Below, piece after piece: positions 12,560 through 26,446 of a DNA stretch of 64,000 nt. The notes beneath the pieces are model-generated. The model ran no database searches. It worked only from the letters and a program-made list of their open reading frames with translations, and had not been told where the DNA came from. Source of the stretch: Adineta vaga (Eukaryota; Animalia; Rotifera); NCBI GenBank assembly GCA_021613535.1, contig CP075495.1, forward strand, positions 2,852,001 to 2,916,000, in the 5' to 3' direction. Made by a program: the position numbers and the translations under genes. The stretch's first letter is position 1, and each line of letters begins with the position of its first letter.

Positions 12560-15010
12560 TAATGTACTAAAAGATACAGCATCGAAAACTGAACAAAATC
12601 CTCTATTTAGATATTCTTTCTGTGGACCGATCGGTACTAGTCGAACATTAAAAATACGTAAATTTGATAAATATAATGATATTAATTGTTTTTATCTATC
12701 CTCTGAAAGAAGAAAAGGAGTGTTCCAAAACCTTTTTGGGTTCTGCAACATCTCCAGAACCAGAAAAAGTTCTGTTTTATTTATTTTGAACCAAAAGTGT
12801 TCTGCCCAAAAATACTCAGTTTGAAAGGGTTCGGTCTGATAATATGAATCATAGAGATCTTTTCCTTCGACGTTACTAAATGTAAAGTTTCTTTTCTAAA
12901 ATCCGCAACCTGATATAGCTGCCCCAGTGAATGTTGGAGTATCGTAAGTTTCCTCAACTGAAGAAGAGAGTCACAAACTCAAAAATGTATATACGTTCGT
13001 TTGTTCATGCAAGTCAACAAAAATTTAACAACTTTCTTTTCTCTTTGGAGTTTTGTCATAATAAAAAACGGAAATGCTTTGACCATTTCAAGTTGTCAAT
13101 AACGATCTTAGATATGAACTGAACAACTTAATGTTTTGCATCGACGATGGTGGGAGTCCACTATCAGTATATGATTATTCCAAGCAATTTTTCAGTCATC
13201 CAAATCTGAGGGAGATTTTTCTCTTATTACTTACATGTAACAAAATCATGTTCAGGCCAGTTACAAGTTAACAGAGAACGACTCTAATATAGCTCAAACT
13301 AACTTATATGTTATGTCAACAATAGAGGGTAGGATTTGATCAGCTTAAGTCCATGAACTCTGATGAAATGAACTAAAGAACTATCCAAAAGTTTATCCTT
13401 TCACCGAGCTCAATCTTTTAAAAATATTCTTTACAAAATAAAATGATCTTTTTCAGCGGTTCCTCTATTCGATTATGTAGAGATATCACGCAGTCATCAA
13501 CTGATAGTATGTAGGGGTATTTGTATACCCTTGAGCATAGAAGATATCTTTATATAATGAGTCTAGCAGACAGGGACGGGCTGAGGATTTCATAATACTC
13601 GAAAACTTAACTTCAAAGCATGGGTCCCGATTGAAACTTATGAAAGATGATAAGTGACCCAAATGGTGACTTTTTACCAAAAACATTTTGTGATTGAAGT
13701 TTGCGAAAAAAAATTCTTTTAATTGCTACACCCAACTTTTGTTTTTGGTTTAAGCGGTACTCAGATTCTTAGAATGTTATCGGAATCTACATCGAATTTC
13801 ATCCACAGATTTCAAGTCTTTCAGAAGCTATCAAGAGATATATTCAATACGACTTGTTCAATGCCTCTTTCTATTCGGACAGCTTTCGAAACTAAATATC
13901 ATATGAAATATTTCTTATTGTTGTATAGGTACATATCGATATCTGATTAAGAGTAAGTAATATTTCAAATACGAAATGAAACACTCTCTATTATCATTTA
14001 GGTTTGTATAGATATGTGGGTAAAAAGGAGTTATTTTCAAAACAATATGTTAAATATTTATTGTTATCATTTCGGTTCATAGCCATATCTGATTAAAGTT
14101 GAGTGATATTTTGAATTTTAGATTAAATATTTTCTATTGTCATTTAGATTCAGATCGAAGTCTAACGAAATGTGACTTATATTTTATATAGAAAACTAAA
14201 TATTTTCTTCTTTTATATTTAGACCGATCTATATTGCCGAGAAATGGTAAGTGGGATATTAGAAACAAAATAAGTAGAATGATTTTCTTTTTATATCTAG
14301 GTTGATTTGTACACGTATCCAAGTGCTGCAAGTGCGTCTGTTTATATTACAAGGTCAAAAACAGACTGAGAAATTGAATTAGGTTAGGGCTGAATTGAGT
14401 CAATCGGCAGCAAGCAAAAAGCGTGATTCGACTGTAGCTTAATTCACTTTTTCGGTCTATTTGAGAGCTTAACATAAACAGACGCACTTGCAACACCGGA
14501 ATATGTGTACAAATCAACCTAAATATAAAGAGAAAATAATTTTCTGAAAAATCATTTAACACACCTTTTATGTCAGACTGAACCTTATTTTTGTATAGAA
14601 TAATGAAGAGTTCTGTTAGGTTTTAACAGAACCATCTATGAGTCAGAACCTTTTTGTGGGTTCTGAATTCTACCAGCGGGCCGAACCCCTAAAAAGGTTC
14701 TGGAAAACTCCTTTTTTATTTTCAGAGTTGGCTTTCATGCATCTAATATCTGATGCGACGAATAAAATTTCAATAGAAGGAAAATGATTGATAAAAAATT
14801 GTTCAAAAATAGCAACTGCTTCGGATTTGAATTGAAAAGATGCATATGTCAAATTAATCAACATCATGCCATATAAATTTGGTTTTGTAGGACCATATTG
14901 ACGTAATAAATTTGCTGATAAATAACGAAATTATGGAACACACGATAATAAACAAATCAATTGATTACAATATATTGAATTATCAACGAGTAAATATTCC
15001 ATCGAGCTAT
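12560..15010 (-). pseudogene. Decayed F-box-family / degenerate-LRR gene interrupted by the 12701-14727 element
   Basis: Right of the element: SSMEYLLVDNSIYCNQLICLLSCVP*FRYLSANLL...NHFPSIEILFVASDIRCMKA. Left of it: R*KQLISLYLSNLRIFNVRL. Joined, these recall the 'ANRWEQLI..LPNLRIF' motif of expanded rotifer F-box proteins (from memory). In-frame stops are present; the 5' limit is unclear. Confidence 0.55.
12701..14727. mobile_element. ~2-kb degenerate non-autonomous TIR element (CACTA/EnSpm-like)
   Basis: Left CTCTGAAAGAAGAAAAGGAGTGTTCCAAAACCTTTTTGGGTTC is the reverse complement, with several mismatches, of right GAACCCCTAAAAAGGTTCTGGAAAACTCCTTTTTTATTTTCAGAG. GAACC/GGTTC subterminal repeats occur at both ends. 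No transposase ORF; the outermost bases and TSD are eroded. Confidence 0.75.
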
Positions 15011-17478
15011 ATGAGAAAGTCATAATGTATTGTGTATATTTCGGAAAGTATAGAGGCAATTGACCTCAAATTGTGTCGAAGGAAAATAATATGAAAGTGT
15101 TCCACAATAGATTTTTAATATTGAGAGAATCTGAAATAAAACATAGTTTCTCGTAATATTAACGTAAGATACGATCAAATGAGAATTAAATAGGTTTCGA
15201 AAAAAACAGTCGAGTATTCCAGAAGGTCTTCTATTGTAAACCTAGATTTACATAAATGAATAGACAACATTATTCTATAGAAGAATAAAATAATAGGGAT
15301 CTATCGAAAGACGATAATGAGAAGGATATATCACATGATGCTTCAAACAAATATTACCTTCAAAGACAATGATCAAAAAAGATTAGCACACTTATGATAA
15401 TTAAATGAAAATAGAGTTGCTCTAATAAATTACTGCTTGTCGATAAATAAGAAACAAAATGTTCATTTTTAATTTTGTTCTCATTTCGTAAGTCTAAATA
15501 TGAAAGTTTTTATCTCTTTTGCCATCAAAGTGGAAAAGAAAAACTTCTTCGACGCAAGACATCAACATTATTATTTGTTTTCATTAGAATTTAAAACATT
15601 GAAAAAAGACCGAACAATCATATAGTCTATAATTTTGGTCAAAATGTATATGTTTTCTGATAGAAGAGACCGTTTTTATCTGGAAACATCAAGTATTAAA
15701 AAATAAAGAAAAAGAGTTTATTGAATTTTTTGTATGGATTCAATAGTTATTTACCTAATTATGACAATGGATAATATCCGTTTACAATCGATTATTTTGA
15801 AATTTACAAGCTCGTCTTTGAATGACGTTTGATAATGTCTTCATTTTTATCTTGGTTATGATGCAACACTCGTTTGAATTCTCATTGTTTGGATGCTGTG
15901 AAATTGTTCAAAGGTTATAGGTAACAATTATACGAATTCGATACTTTTTACAAATATATTTAGAGCATTGCAATCAAAATTGATTGAATCAAACCAAGCA
16001 AAGTTTATCATTAATTTTGTTATCTCTTTTCGACTAATGTTAGATATTATTTGTTAATTCATGTCAGATATAATCCTATCTTTGTTAAAATACCAATATT
16101 ATATGAAAGAAAATTTCCATTTAGTGTAAATATGACAATTATATACTTCATCAATATATTCATAGTCTAAAAGTCAGTGATCAATATGCCATTGGTTCAA
16201 TGAAACAAATTTCATGATACATGCGTCGATGGTATATTTTAGAAGAATGTTCATCACAATCGATGAATTCAGAAAGACAGTTCACATTGATTTCTCAAAT
16301 AAACAAAATCGTCATATTAGATAAAGAAACTATTTTGGATGTACATTCAACAACTAAACGTTCACTATCATGTGTAATTATTTGAATGCACGGCCTGAAA
16401 AACTTCGATAGATCTAGTATCGTCAGTTTCATCGACGCCGATGATGAATATATTCAAAAAGAAATATGTGTAAACTCAAGACAAAACGACTTTACCACTC
16501 GCGAATTAATCATACTCTTGTAATTCTCAGAATGATAATGAATAGGAAGGGACTATTAGTACGGATCACTATGTAAATATGAAACACTCTTTGTGTTTAC
16601 AAAGGCATTTCGCCGTCTTTCATTGAAGCTCGAATATATTGGAAGTTGCATCCAGATGCGATTTATATCCTAAATTGTGTCTCTAAGCATTAGTTAGTTC
16701 AGACTGAGATACACTCTTTTCTCTAAAACTTTCTTTTTTATCTTGAAAGATGTACGAATACAAAACATCTCTCTATCATCAGACATCAAACGTCAAATCA
16801 AAGAAGCAACTAAATAAAGTTGTCAAACTCGTCATCCACTTTATCTTGACGTCAACCCCAACTCTCTAACGTTACAAATATAGTAAAGATTTGTGAGACA
16901 CTCAGACTTTAAACTAAACTCTCTATTATGAGAAATATTCAAAATAAAGATCGGAAGCATATTTTCCTACGTTTTCATGCACAACAGAATGTTTAAGAAA
17001 TAATTTCCCAATCGTTCCTAATAGATCAGCGATGGGTATAAGTGCAGCGGACCCATTAAAAGGCTCATAAGACGCATCGACGGTCGTCCTTCTTCTTCAT
17101 AACCTTTCCACTGTTGAAACTTTTTCAGAAGATATTATATTCAGAGTAGACACTTTCACAAAATATCACATGATACCCATCAAACTTCAATTGATAAATT
17201 ATAGTGCATTTCAAACATGAAATTTCGCTATCTCGGACATACATAAATCAACAACTTAGATGATGCACACATCTCTCACGGTCGGGAATCAAGAGCTTAA
17301 AACAAAACATGTTATTGTACGATAAATACGACTTCGAAGCACACTGTGTATTCATTCCTCACCACATCGGTTTCCTCTAAAACAATTCTCCAGAAAAGAG
17401 CACTAGAAAACAATGTCCCTCAAGTCCAAACTACAACGTCCACCAATTTCCAAAAGTATTTCGAGGATACTTTCTTTG

Positions 17479-19741
17479 TTAGTAGTCGATTTCAAAGCCC
17501 CGGAGATCTAGTGTGGTGAGTGTCTATAGACGAGAGAGAGTATGGATGTGTCAACTAGGACAAGAGCGAACGAGTATTACCGTGTTTATTCGCAAGACAT
17601 CACATATATGTTGTACTCCTTGATCGCCAATTCTATTGCCCCCAAGATTTAGTGTGGTGAGTGTCTATAGACGAGAGAGAGCATGGATGTGTCAATTGGG
17701 ACAAAAGCGAATGAATGTTACTGTGTTTATTCGCAAGGCATCACCAATATGTTGTGCTCCTTGATCGCCGATTTGATTGTACTGGAGATCTAGTGTGGTG
17801 AGTGTCTATAGACGAGAGAGAGCATGGATGTGTCAACTAGGACAAGAGCGAATGAATGTTACTGTGTTTATTCGCATGGCATCACCAATATGTTGTGCTC
17901 CTTGATCGCCGATTTTATTGGATCGAAGATTTAGTGTAGTGAGTGTCTATAGAGGAGGGAGAGCATGGGTGTGTCAATTGGGACAAGAGCAAATGAGTAT
18001 TACCGTGTTTATTCGCAAGGCATCACTAATATGTTGTGCTCCTCGATCGCTGATTTGATTGGATCGGAGATCTAGTGTGGTGAGTGTCTATAGACGAGAG
18101 AGAGCATGGATGTGTCAATTAGGACAAGAGCGAATGAATGTTACTGTGTTTATTCGCATGGCATCACTAATATGTTGTGATCCTTGATCGCCGATTTTGT
18201 TAGATCGGAGATTTAGTGTGGTGAGTGTCTATAGAGGAGAGAGAGCATGGGTGTGTCAATTAGGACAAGAGCGAATGAGTATTACTGTGTTTATTCGCAA
18301 GGCATCACCGATATGTTGTGCTCCTTGATGGTCGATATCATTGTTCTCGAGATTTAGTGTGGTGAGTGTCTATAGACGAGAGAGAGCACGGATATGTCAA
18401 TTAGTACAACAGCGAATGAATGTTACTGTGTTTATTCGCAAGGCATCACAAATATGTTGTGCTCCTTGATCGCCGATTCCATTGTTCCCGAGATTTAGTG
18501 TTGTGAGTGTCTATAGACGAGAGAGAGCACGGATGTGTCAATGAGGACAAGAGCGAATGAGTATTACCGTGTTTATTCGCAAGGCATCACTAATATGTTG
18601 TGCTCCTTGATGGTCGATATCATTGTTCTCGAGATTTAGTGTGGTGAGTGTCTATAGACGAGAGAGAGCACGGATGTGTCAATGAGGACAAGAGCGAATG
18701 AGTATTACCGTGTTTATTCGCAAGGCATCACTAATATGTTGTGCTCCTTGATCGCCGATTTTATTGTACTGGAGATTTAGTTTGGTGAGTGTCTATAGAC
18801 GAGAGAGAGCATGGATGTGTCAATTAGGACAAGAGCGAATGAATGTTACTGTGTTTATTCGCAAGGCATCACTAATATGTTGTGATCCTTGATCGCCGAT
18901 TTGATTGTACTGGAGATCTAGTGTGGTGTGTGTCTATGTATAGAATATTCCTTTTGAGAATGTGGGTAAAGTAATGTGAACTTTAGAGTAAGGTTTTTCA
19001 AATAGATATAGGATTATACAAGAGGGGTTGCGGTAGTGTGTGAAAGTGTTCGATCTGGGTTCATGGAGGGAAAAGAGAAATCGTTGCTTGTCTGATTATT
19101 ACTGAGGGAATGTTCGAATCATCGGATGAGTAGAGTGAGTACTGTACTGAAGGGAGTGATACTTGTTTACTTCGAATGGATTTGGATCGTTATTTTTAGA
19201 GTTGGTTTGCGAAAGATTGTATTGAATCGGGGCAGAATAGAAAACAGTTCACTTCATTTTATTCAGTGGGTGTCAAAGATAGTTGTTGCATTGTTTAAGA
19301 GTTGCTATAGAGACATTCGTTTGAAACGTGAAAGGTGTTTTAATGCTGCGGTTCTGTTCTTGTGCGGCACAGAACTGCACGTTTAATAAGATATATATTC
19401 TATCGGCATAGATAGAAAAGAACAGGCGAGAGGAAGGGTTGTTTTAATAGCATGAGTCAATGTTGTGTTTGGTTGACTCGTGAAAATTGCTTTGGAATTG
19501 TGAAATTGGTTTTTTCTTTGAGTAAACTGACTAAGTTAGATATTGCGAGGCTCATGTGTGCTTGAACAGATGAGAAAATTGGTGAAGCACTTTGCAAACT
19601 TACTTGATATCGATGATAAATGCTCAGAATTTGATTAAAACGTTGGCAAACATTTTGCATCGAACAGAATAGTGTAAAATCAGACAGATGATCCAAAATT
19701 CGATAGACAAGTTCAATCGGTAATGTTGAAAATGTGTACAT
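17479..19741 (-). CDS. F-box plus ribonuclease-inhibitor-type (28-aa) LRR protein, ~340 aa, 12 exons
   Basis: Exon 1 (19604-19741) is MYTFSTLPIELVYRILDHLSDFTLFCSMQNVCQRFNQILSIYHRYQ, an F-box, followed by donor GTAAGT. Ten 84-nt phase-0 exons (18850-18933 down to 17581-17664) each encode ~TLTTLNLxxNxIGDQGAQHISDALRINT. The terminal exon 17479-17523 reads TLTTLDLRGFEIDY*. No stops in any exon. Confidence 0.88.
17503..18937. repeat. Tandem repeat, 141-bp period, ~10.2 copies (84-nt exon plus 57-nt intron)
   Basis: TGTCTAT recurs at 17521, 17662, 17803 ... 18931 with exact 141-bp spacing. Confidence 0.97.
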
Positions 19742-21869
19742 ATTCGCTTTAAATTCCACAAAAGTTTGTTGAGAGTACAAGCTATTGAATATATTTTGTT
19801 TGTTATGAAAAGAAATGCGCTTTACTTATAGTATTGTATTTTTGTTATTCGAAAAAGAGAATGAAATCTGACGATTTCAACTAAAGCGAATAGTTCTTTT
19901 ATGCCAAAAGATGGCGTTAACGTATGTATTGAGTGGAGTTTCGTCTGACGTGTGTGATTATCAGTGTCAGTATACACTCAAGATACGTATTTTTCATTAG
20001 TAATTTTTTGAGTTTTACAAAAGAGTTCTTTTTAAGAAAGGACATTTTTGCATGTAATATTCAAGAAAAGTTCAATCAGAAAAGGGAATCTTTGAGGGTA
20101 GACACCGATGGTCTCTACTTTTCACGCTCCATACCCTCATAAACTAATTTCATTCTATTAGTTCGACTTAAGGCAATTTTTATTTCAAATACGTCTATCC
20201 TTTAAGATCTTAACAAGAAAATTAATTGAATTAAAAACAAAGCCGGTTCATCTTATCGTGATGTGTGAGATAAATTTTTTGTACGAACAATTGGTGGTGT
20301 ATCAAATATTCTCAAAAGCAAAAGAAAACACATAAAAGTATAAACTAAGTTCGAGTCTGACTCTCACCGAGTTAACTGAGACTGTTGCATGTCTATGCCA
20401 TCGTATCTCTAAGATGTTCTTATATGATTTACTTATTCCCCTACGTTTTTCATTGATTCCAATAGTGTTCAAACTAGACAAATTTTACTGTACTTTATTT
20501 TTCTCAAACCTGCTACGGGTTCGATTCTACCTATGTGTTCATTTATTGAATTATCATCTCTAGAATGATCAATAGTTTCTATTTCAATATTACTAAACTT
20601 TTAATGATTTTATGAATAAATAACGACCGACTGATTGTAATCTCATATTATATCTATCGAAAGCGCGTACTTAGCTCGTACTGAAGGGTAGAGCAGTATT
20701 TTGATCTTGTGCAGCCTTTAACTTTTAACCCTTGATCCTTCACATTGACCGCACCCATCATCCTACCCTTAATCTACTCTCGGTTTCCGATGTTTAAGAC
20801 AGTCTTGAAGAAAATGGTTTTTTGACCTTTGACACTGACACAAAAGCGCACAGAAACTTTTTTTTCCATATGACGCTCCTTTCTGTGGAAGGAATAAGGT
20901 GTGGGTGTAAGTGTTCCTTGACAGAGTACGCACATACATACATCCACAAAAGAGGAAAAGGCCGATCCTGGATCCTCCTAGTTCCTGCGATCACACAGTT
21001 CATGATGACCAATGATAACCCATGAGGGTCCGAAAGTTTTACAGCATTTGGGTATCCAGGATCCGCTTTTCCCCCCTTGCAGACCCTCAACTTCTACTGA
21101 AAAAAACATTTCTTCAATTAACCCAGTAGCTTTATTAAATAATTCACAGTCGAAATTTTTTCTTTTATGCTTAATAACAGGTTATTTTCAGTTTCGCAAT
21201 AATTATAATAATTGATTAGAATTATGAAAAGCTAACATCAGATTTGAAATCCTCGACTTCGATTACTTTAGGGTAAATCATATAAAGATGATTATTAGTA
21301 AATTTTCATGAATTTTTATATTGCTGCAATCTGACCGGATTAGACAAATAAGAAATAGCGATTAATTAATTATGGTTCATAGAAAAGTATTTTTGGGAAA
21401 GGAACCCAAGATTCGTATTCCTCGATCTCGATTACATATGACGAATCGTTGTCCGATGACCAGGGGTAAGTTTTCATCGACTTATACGCTGCTTTCACCT
21501 GATTGGCTTGGACAAACAAACAAACTTTAAGCATTTTAACGACCCTATTTAAGAAGCATATAACCCTTTCTTTCAGAAAAGGGAACTAATTATTTTACAA
21601 AAAAAGTTACAGAAAACTCGTGGAACGCAAGATAAAACTCTGTTTATGAGATTTCGTAGTATTTCATATCACGTTCATCATGAACAGAATAGATAGAAAC
21701 ATTCAGATTGACTATTTTTCTTTGCTCAATGTTTTATTGGATGTATTTCTTTCGTCACGTGTGTTGCTAATGGGTGTTTTTTTTAGCTACTTCTGATTTT
21801 GAAAGAAATACTAAAATCAGCAACAAAAAGAACCATTAGGAAAAGAGCAAAACCCTATGCAATGATTGA

Positions 21870-22860
21870 ATCTTCATCATTCAATTGATAATGAACGAAC
21901 GCATGGAATATTAAGAGAAATACCTGCACGTCGACGTCTCGATATTCAAAAGATCCGAAATGTTCTTTTAATATGACTAGATAATAACATAGATAATAAA
22001 AAATGAAGACTGTCAAAATATCATCAGTGATAAATGATTCAATTCATTGAAATCATCAGGATACCTTGGTCAACAGATTGTACTTCACGTACATAATCTA
22101 TCTCAAGTGAACTCAATTTTTATCTTCTACGATATGAAGAGTAGGCTAAATACATGCTCCAAAATCAAGGAAGCTTTCAAGCAAGAAACACAGTAACGTG
22201 AACAAAATACCATGCTCTTAAGCTTCCTGCCGTCTGATAAAAAATTGGATTAAATAGATCCTTCTTTTATGTAAACGCAGATTCTCAATGAAATCTTATC
22301 AACCATCAAATTCGACGATAGAAATATTCACGATTTTGTGAATCATTGTCGTGAAGTTTTCATCGGTAATGATCAAGAATTGAAAAATGTGCATCTACCA
22401 AAGGAGATATATCATCAGAAAACACCTATCTGATGGTACAGTTATGATAGCTTCTTATCGACTAGCAAAGATGAAGATGTTTCACTTTGATTTTCAGAAA
22501 AACAACATAAACAATTCAGACCTGGTAGGAATAGTTTTTGTGATGATCATTGATCAAAAAGATTAGGTTTAGTACTAATTAAATTGAGTCAGAATGACAC
22601 GGCTGGAAAGATATATCATATGTTACATCAATCTATCATCAGCTGGATTAGATTAAAGATTTTCAAGGAGAACGTGAAGAGGCTATCAACTTCTATAGAG
22701 AAGTACTCATCTTTTGTGAAAATCTCGCTATCCCAAAGATTCAATGTAAGCTCCAACTTACGGTAACACCAGTAATGTATATAGACATATGGATGACTCT
22801 TTCAAACACGCTATAGAAATTGCACAAATAATATTACTTGTAAATTATCAAAATACGTAA
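21870..22860 (+). pseudogene. Pseudogene of the ADP-ribosyltransferase/TPR-repeat family expanded in bdelloids
   Basis: Fragments RNVLLI*LDNNID, SGYLGQQIVLHVHNLSQVNSIFIF, DPSFM*TQILNEILSTIKFDDRNIHDFVNHCREVFIGNDQEL..KTPI*WYSYDSFL, STSKDEDVSL, LVGIVFVMIID and TPR-like QGEREEAINFYREVL. Several stops, frameshifts and large internal deletions. Family assignment is from memory. Confidence 0.7.
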
Positions 22861-24593
22861 GAAAGAAACTATAGCTTGTATTTAGATTTTTTCTCGAATA
22901 AAGAAATATTTAATTAAATATATAGTATATGTATGTACATTCGCATACAGAGAAACTCGGCTCAATAAAGAAAAGTAGAAATACAAAAAAATGATCTTCA
23001 AATATCATGGAACAAATCAATTTTTTAGATGATAATATTGAAGTGAGAAATGAATTGCATTTATATACAATATCATAATATTAAACTAGATATTATCATT
23101 GTAGTCTAATGTTGATATAAAACAGAAATGATCAAAAATCGAAAGCTCTTGTTTCCATCTTATTAGGGTTTTAATTTGACAAGAGATTTTTCTTCATCAG
23201 ATATTCTAATTTATATCTGTGATATCGAGGTACGAGTTCTTACAGAAACGAACTCATGATCATTTTATTACAATGATGCATATATATATATATGGATGAA
23301 TTGCAAAATTATTGTACCGTTCATAGTTCCATTAATAAAATGTGAATAACTCCAATTCCTCTTGAGCAATCTTTATGAATATTTCTGCATATGCTACTCT
23401 AGTTGATGGTCACTACCACACAAAAAAGTCAGGGATTTATCATTAGTCTATCCCGAAATACTGCATATACTAGGGTGAAATAACTAGTTTCTGCTGGCAC
23501 CTATGGACGTAAAATGAACTATAACTGGCCAATGTCCTCTCATTTAAATTCTCACACTTGTTGACATTTACAGTACACAGTATATAAATGACCAATATTA
23601 AACTGGTTCGTTCTTTCCGCATCACAGTTTATGTTACGTTTTTTTCAAATACTGGTGTACCGTCTAAAGTTATGATCGTGTCAATTGAGATTTAAAAACG
23701 CCTTACCAATGTAACAAAGTATTAAAAATCTGTTGGGGACGCTTTAAAAGAAAGGTTATAAGTGGGGAATGAAATCACCAAAAACAATGAAAAGCTTTCA
23801 CTTACTCGAGTTCAAAAAGAAACCTCAAGTAAAATCTAAAAATCTAATTGTCACACTCAATATCACACGACATTTTTTACGGACAGTTATTTTAGATTTT
23901 TCTGTTCGCCGTTAGCACAAAACCAACGCTGAACTACACACATCACATATCACTTGATGTTCTGTTCAAGGAACTATCATAACGTGTGCTAGTACACTAT
24001 AACTTATTTCTTATAATTCACACATATTAACTGAGGGATTTTATATAAAGAATAGTGTACTAAGAGAGTTTGTATGATCGCGTATCATTAAACTTGACTC
24101 GCAATGATGCTCAAGTGATAAGAGCCAAGTAGATCCAACAGAAGTACAGTCATTCAGTGCATTTTTCAATGTTTTTCCTATATCAGAGCTTTACTAAATG
24201 CAGTAGTCGGGAAAATTTATACTTTTTCTCCTCTCATATAGTACAACTAGAAACAGCACTGATCGAAACATGTGAAAGAATCATTCTAGGAAATTTAGAC
24301 TGTATTGCACCTCAGCTGTATAACTTTTGTTTATGTCGAAATGGATCATTTGTTTATTTTGTTCTTTTTTTTTATCAATGGACGAAGCACAGATCAAAGA
24401 ATAGGAAAATAAGAATGAATTACATTGAATTACATAGAAGATCTCTCGCTTGTTGTCAAACTAGTGGAAAAGATAAGATACAGAACCAAAAAGAAGAGAA
24501 AAGATAGTACACAATAAGAAACTAGAATGTTCATTAGAACGATGTATTGTTGTTATTGTTGCTGTGCTCTCGATGGTATGATTCTTCGCCCGT

Positions 24594-26446
<1,853 letters not shown>

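Noticed and set aside
15700-16450. Another decayed F-box-like gene on the plus strand (ILHQYIHSLKVSDQY)
   Set aside because: Only one short suggestive peptide; too degraded to support.
17503-18937. CRISPR-like array or non-coding satellite
   Set aside because: Eukaryotic context and no unique spacers; each unit parses as an LRR exon plus a GT-AG intron on the minus strand.
20345-20535. tRNA or tRNA-derived SINE (GTTCGAGTC and GGTTCGATTC B-box-like motifs)
   Set aside because: No cloverleaf or properly spaced A-box could be built; at most a decayed remnant.
21001-21040. Hammerhead ribozyme (Penelope/Terminon type)
   Set aside because: Core reads ATGATGA rather than CTGATGA, stem II register is wrong, and no convincing stems I and III were found.
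21767-21840. Pre-miRNA-like hairpin (CTAATGG..CTGATTTT / AAAATCAG..CCATTAG)
   Set aside because: Arms are AT-rich and heavily bulged, with no recognisable mature miRNA.
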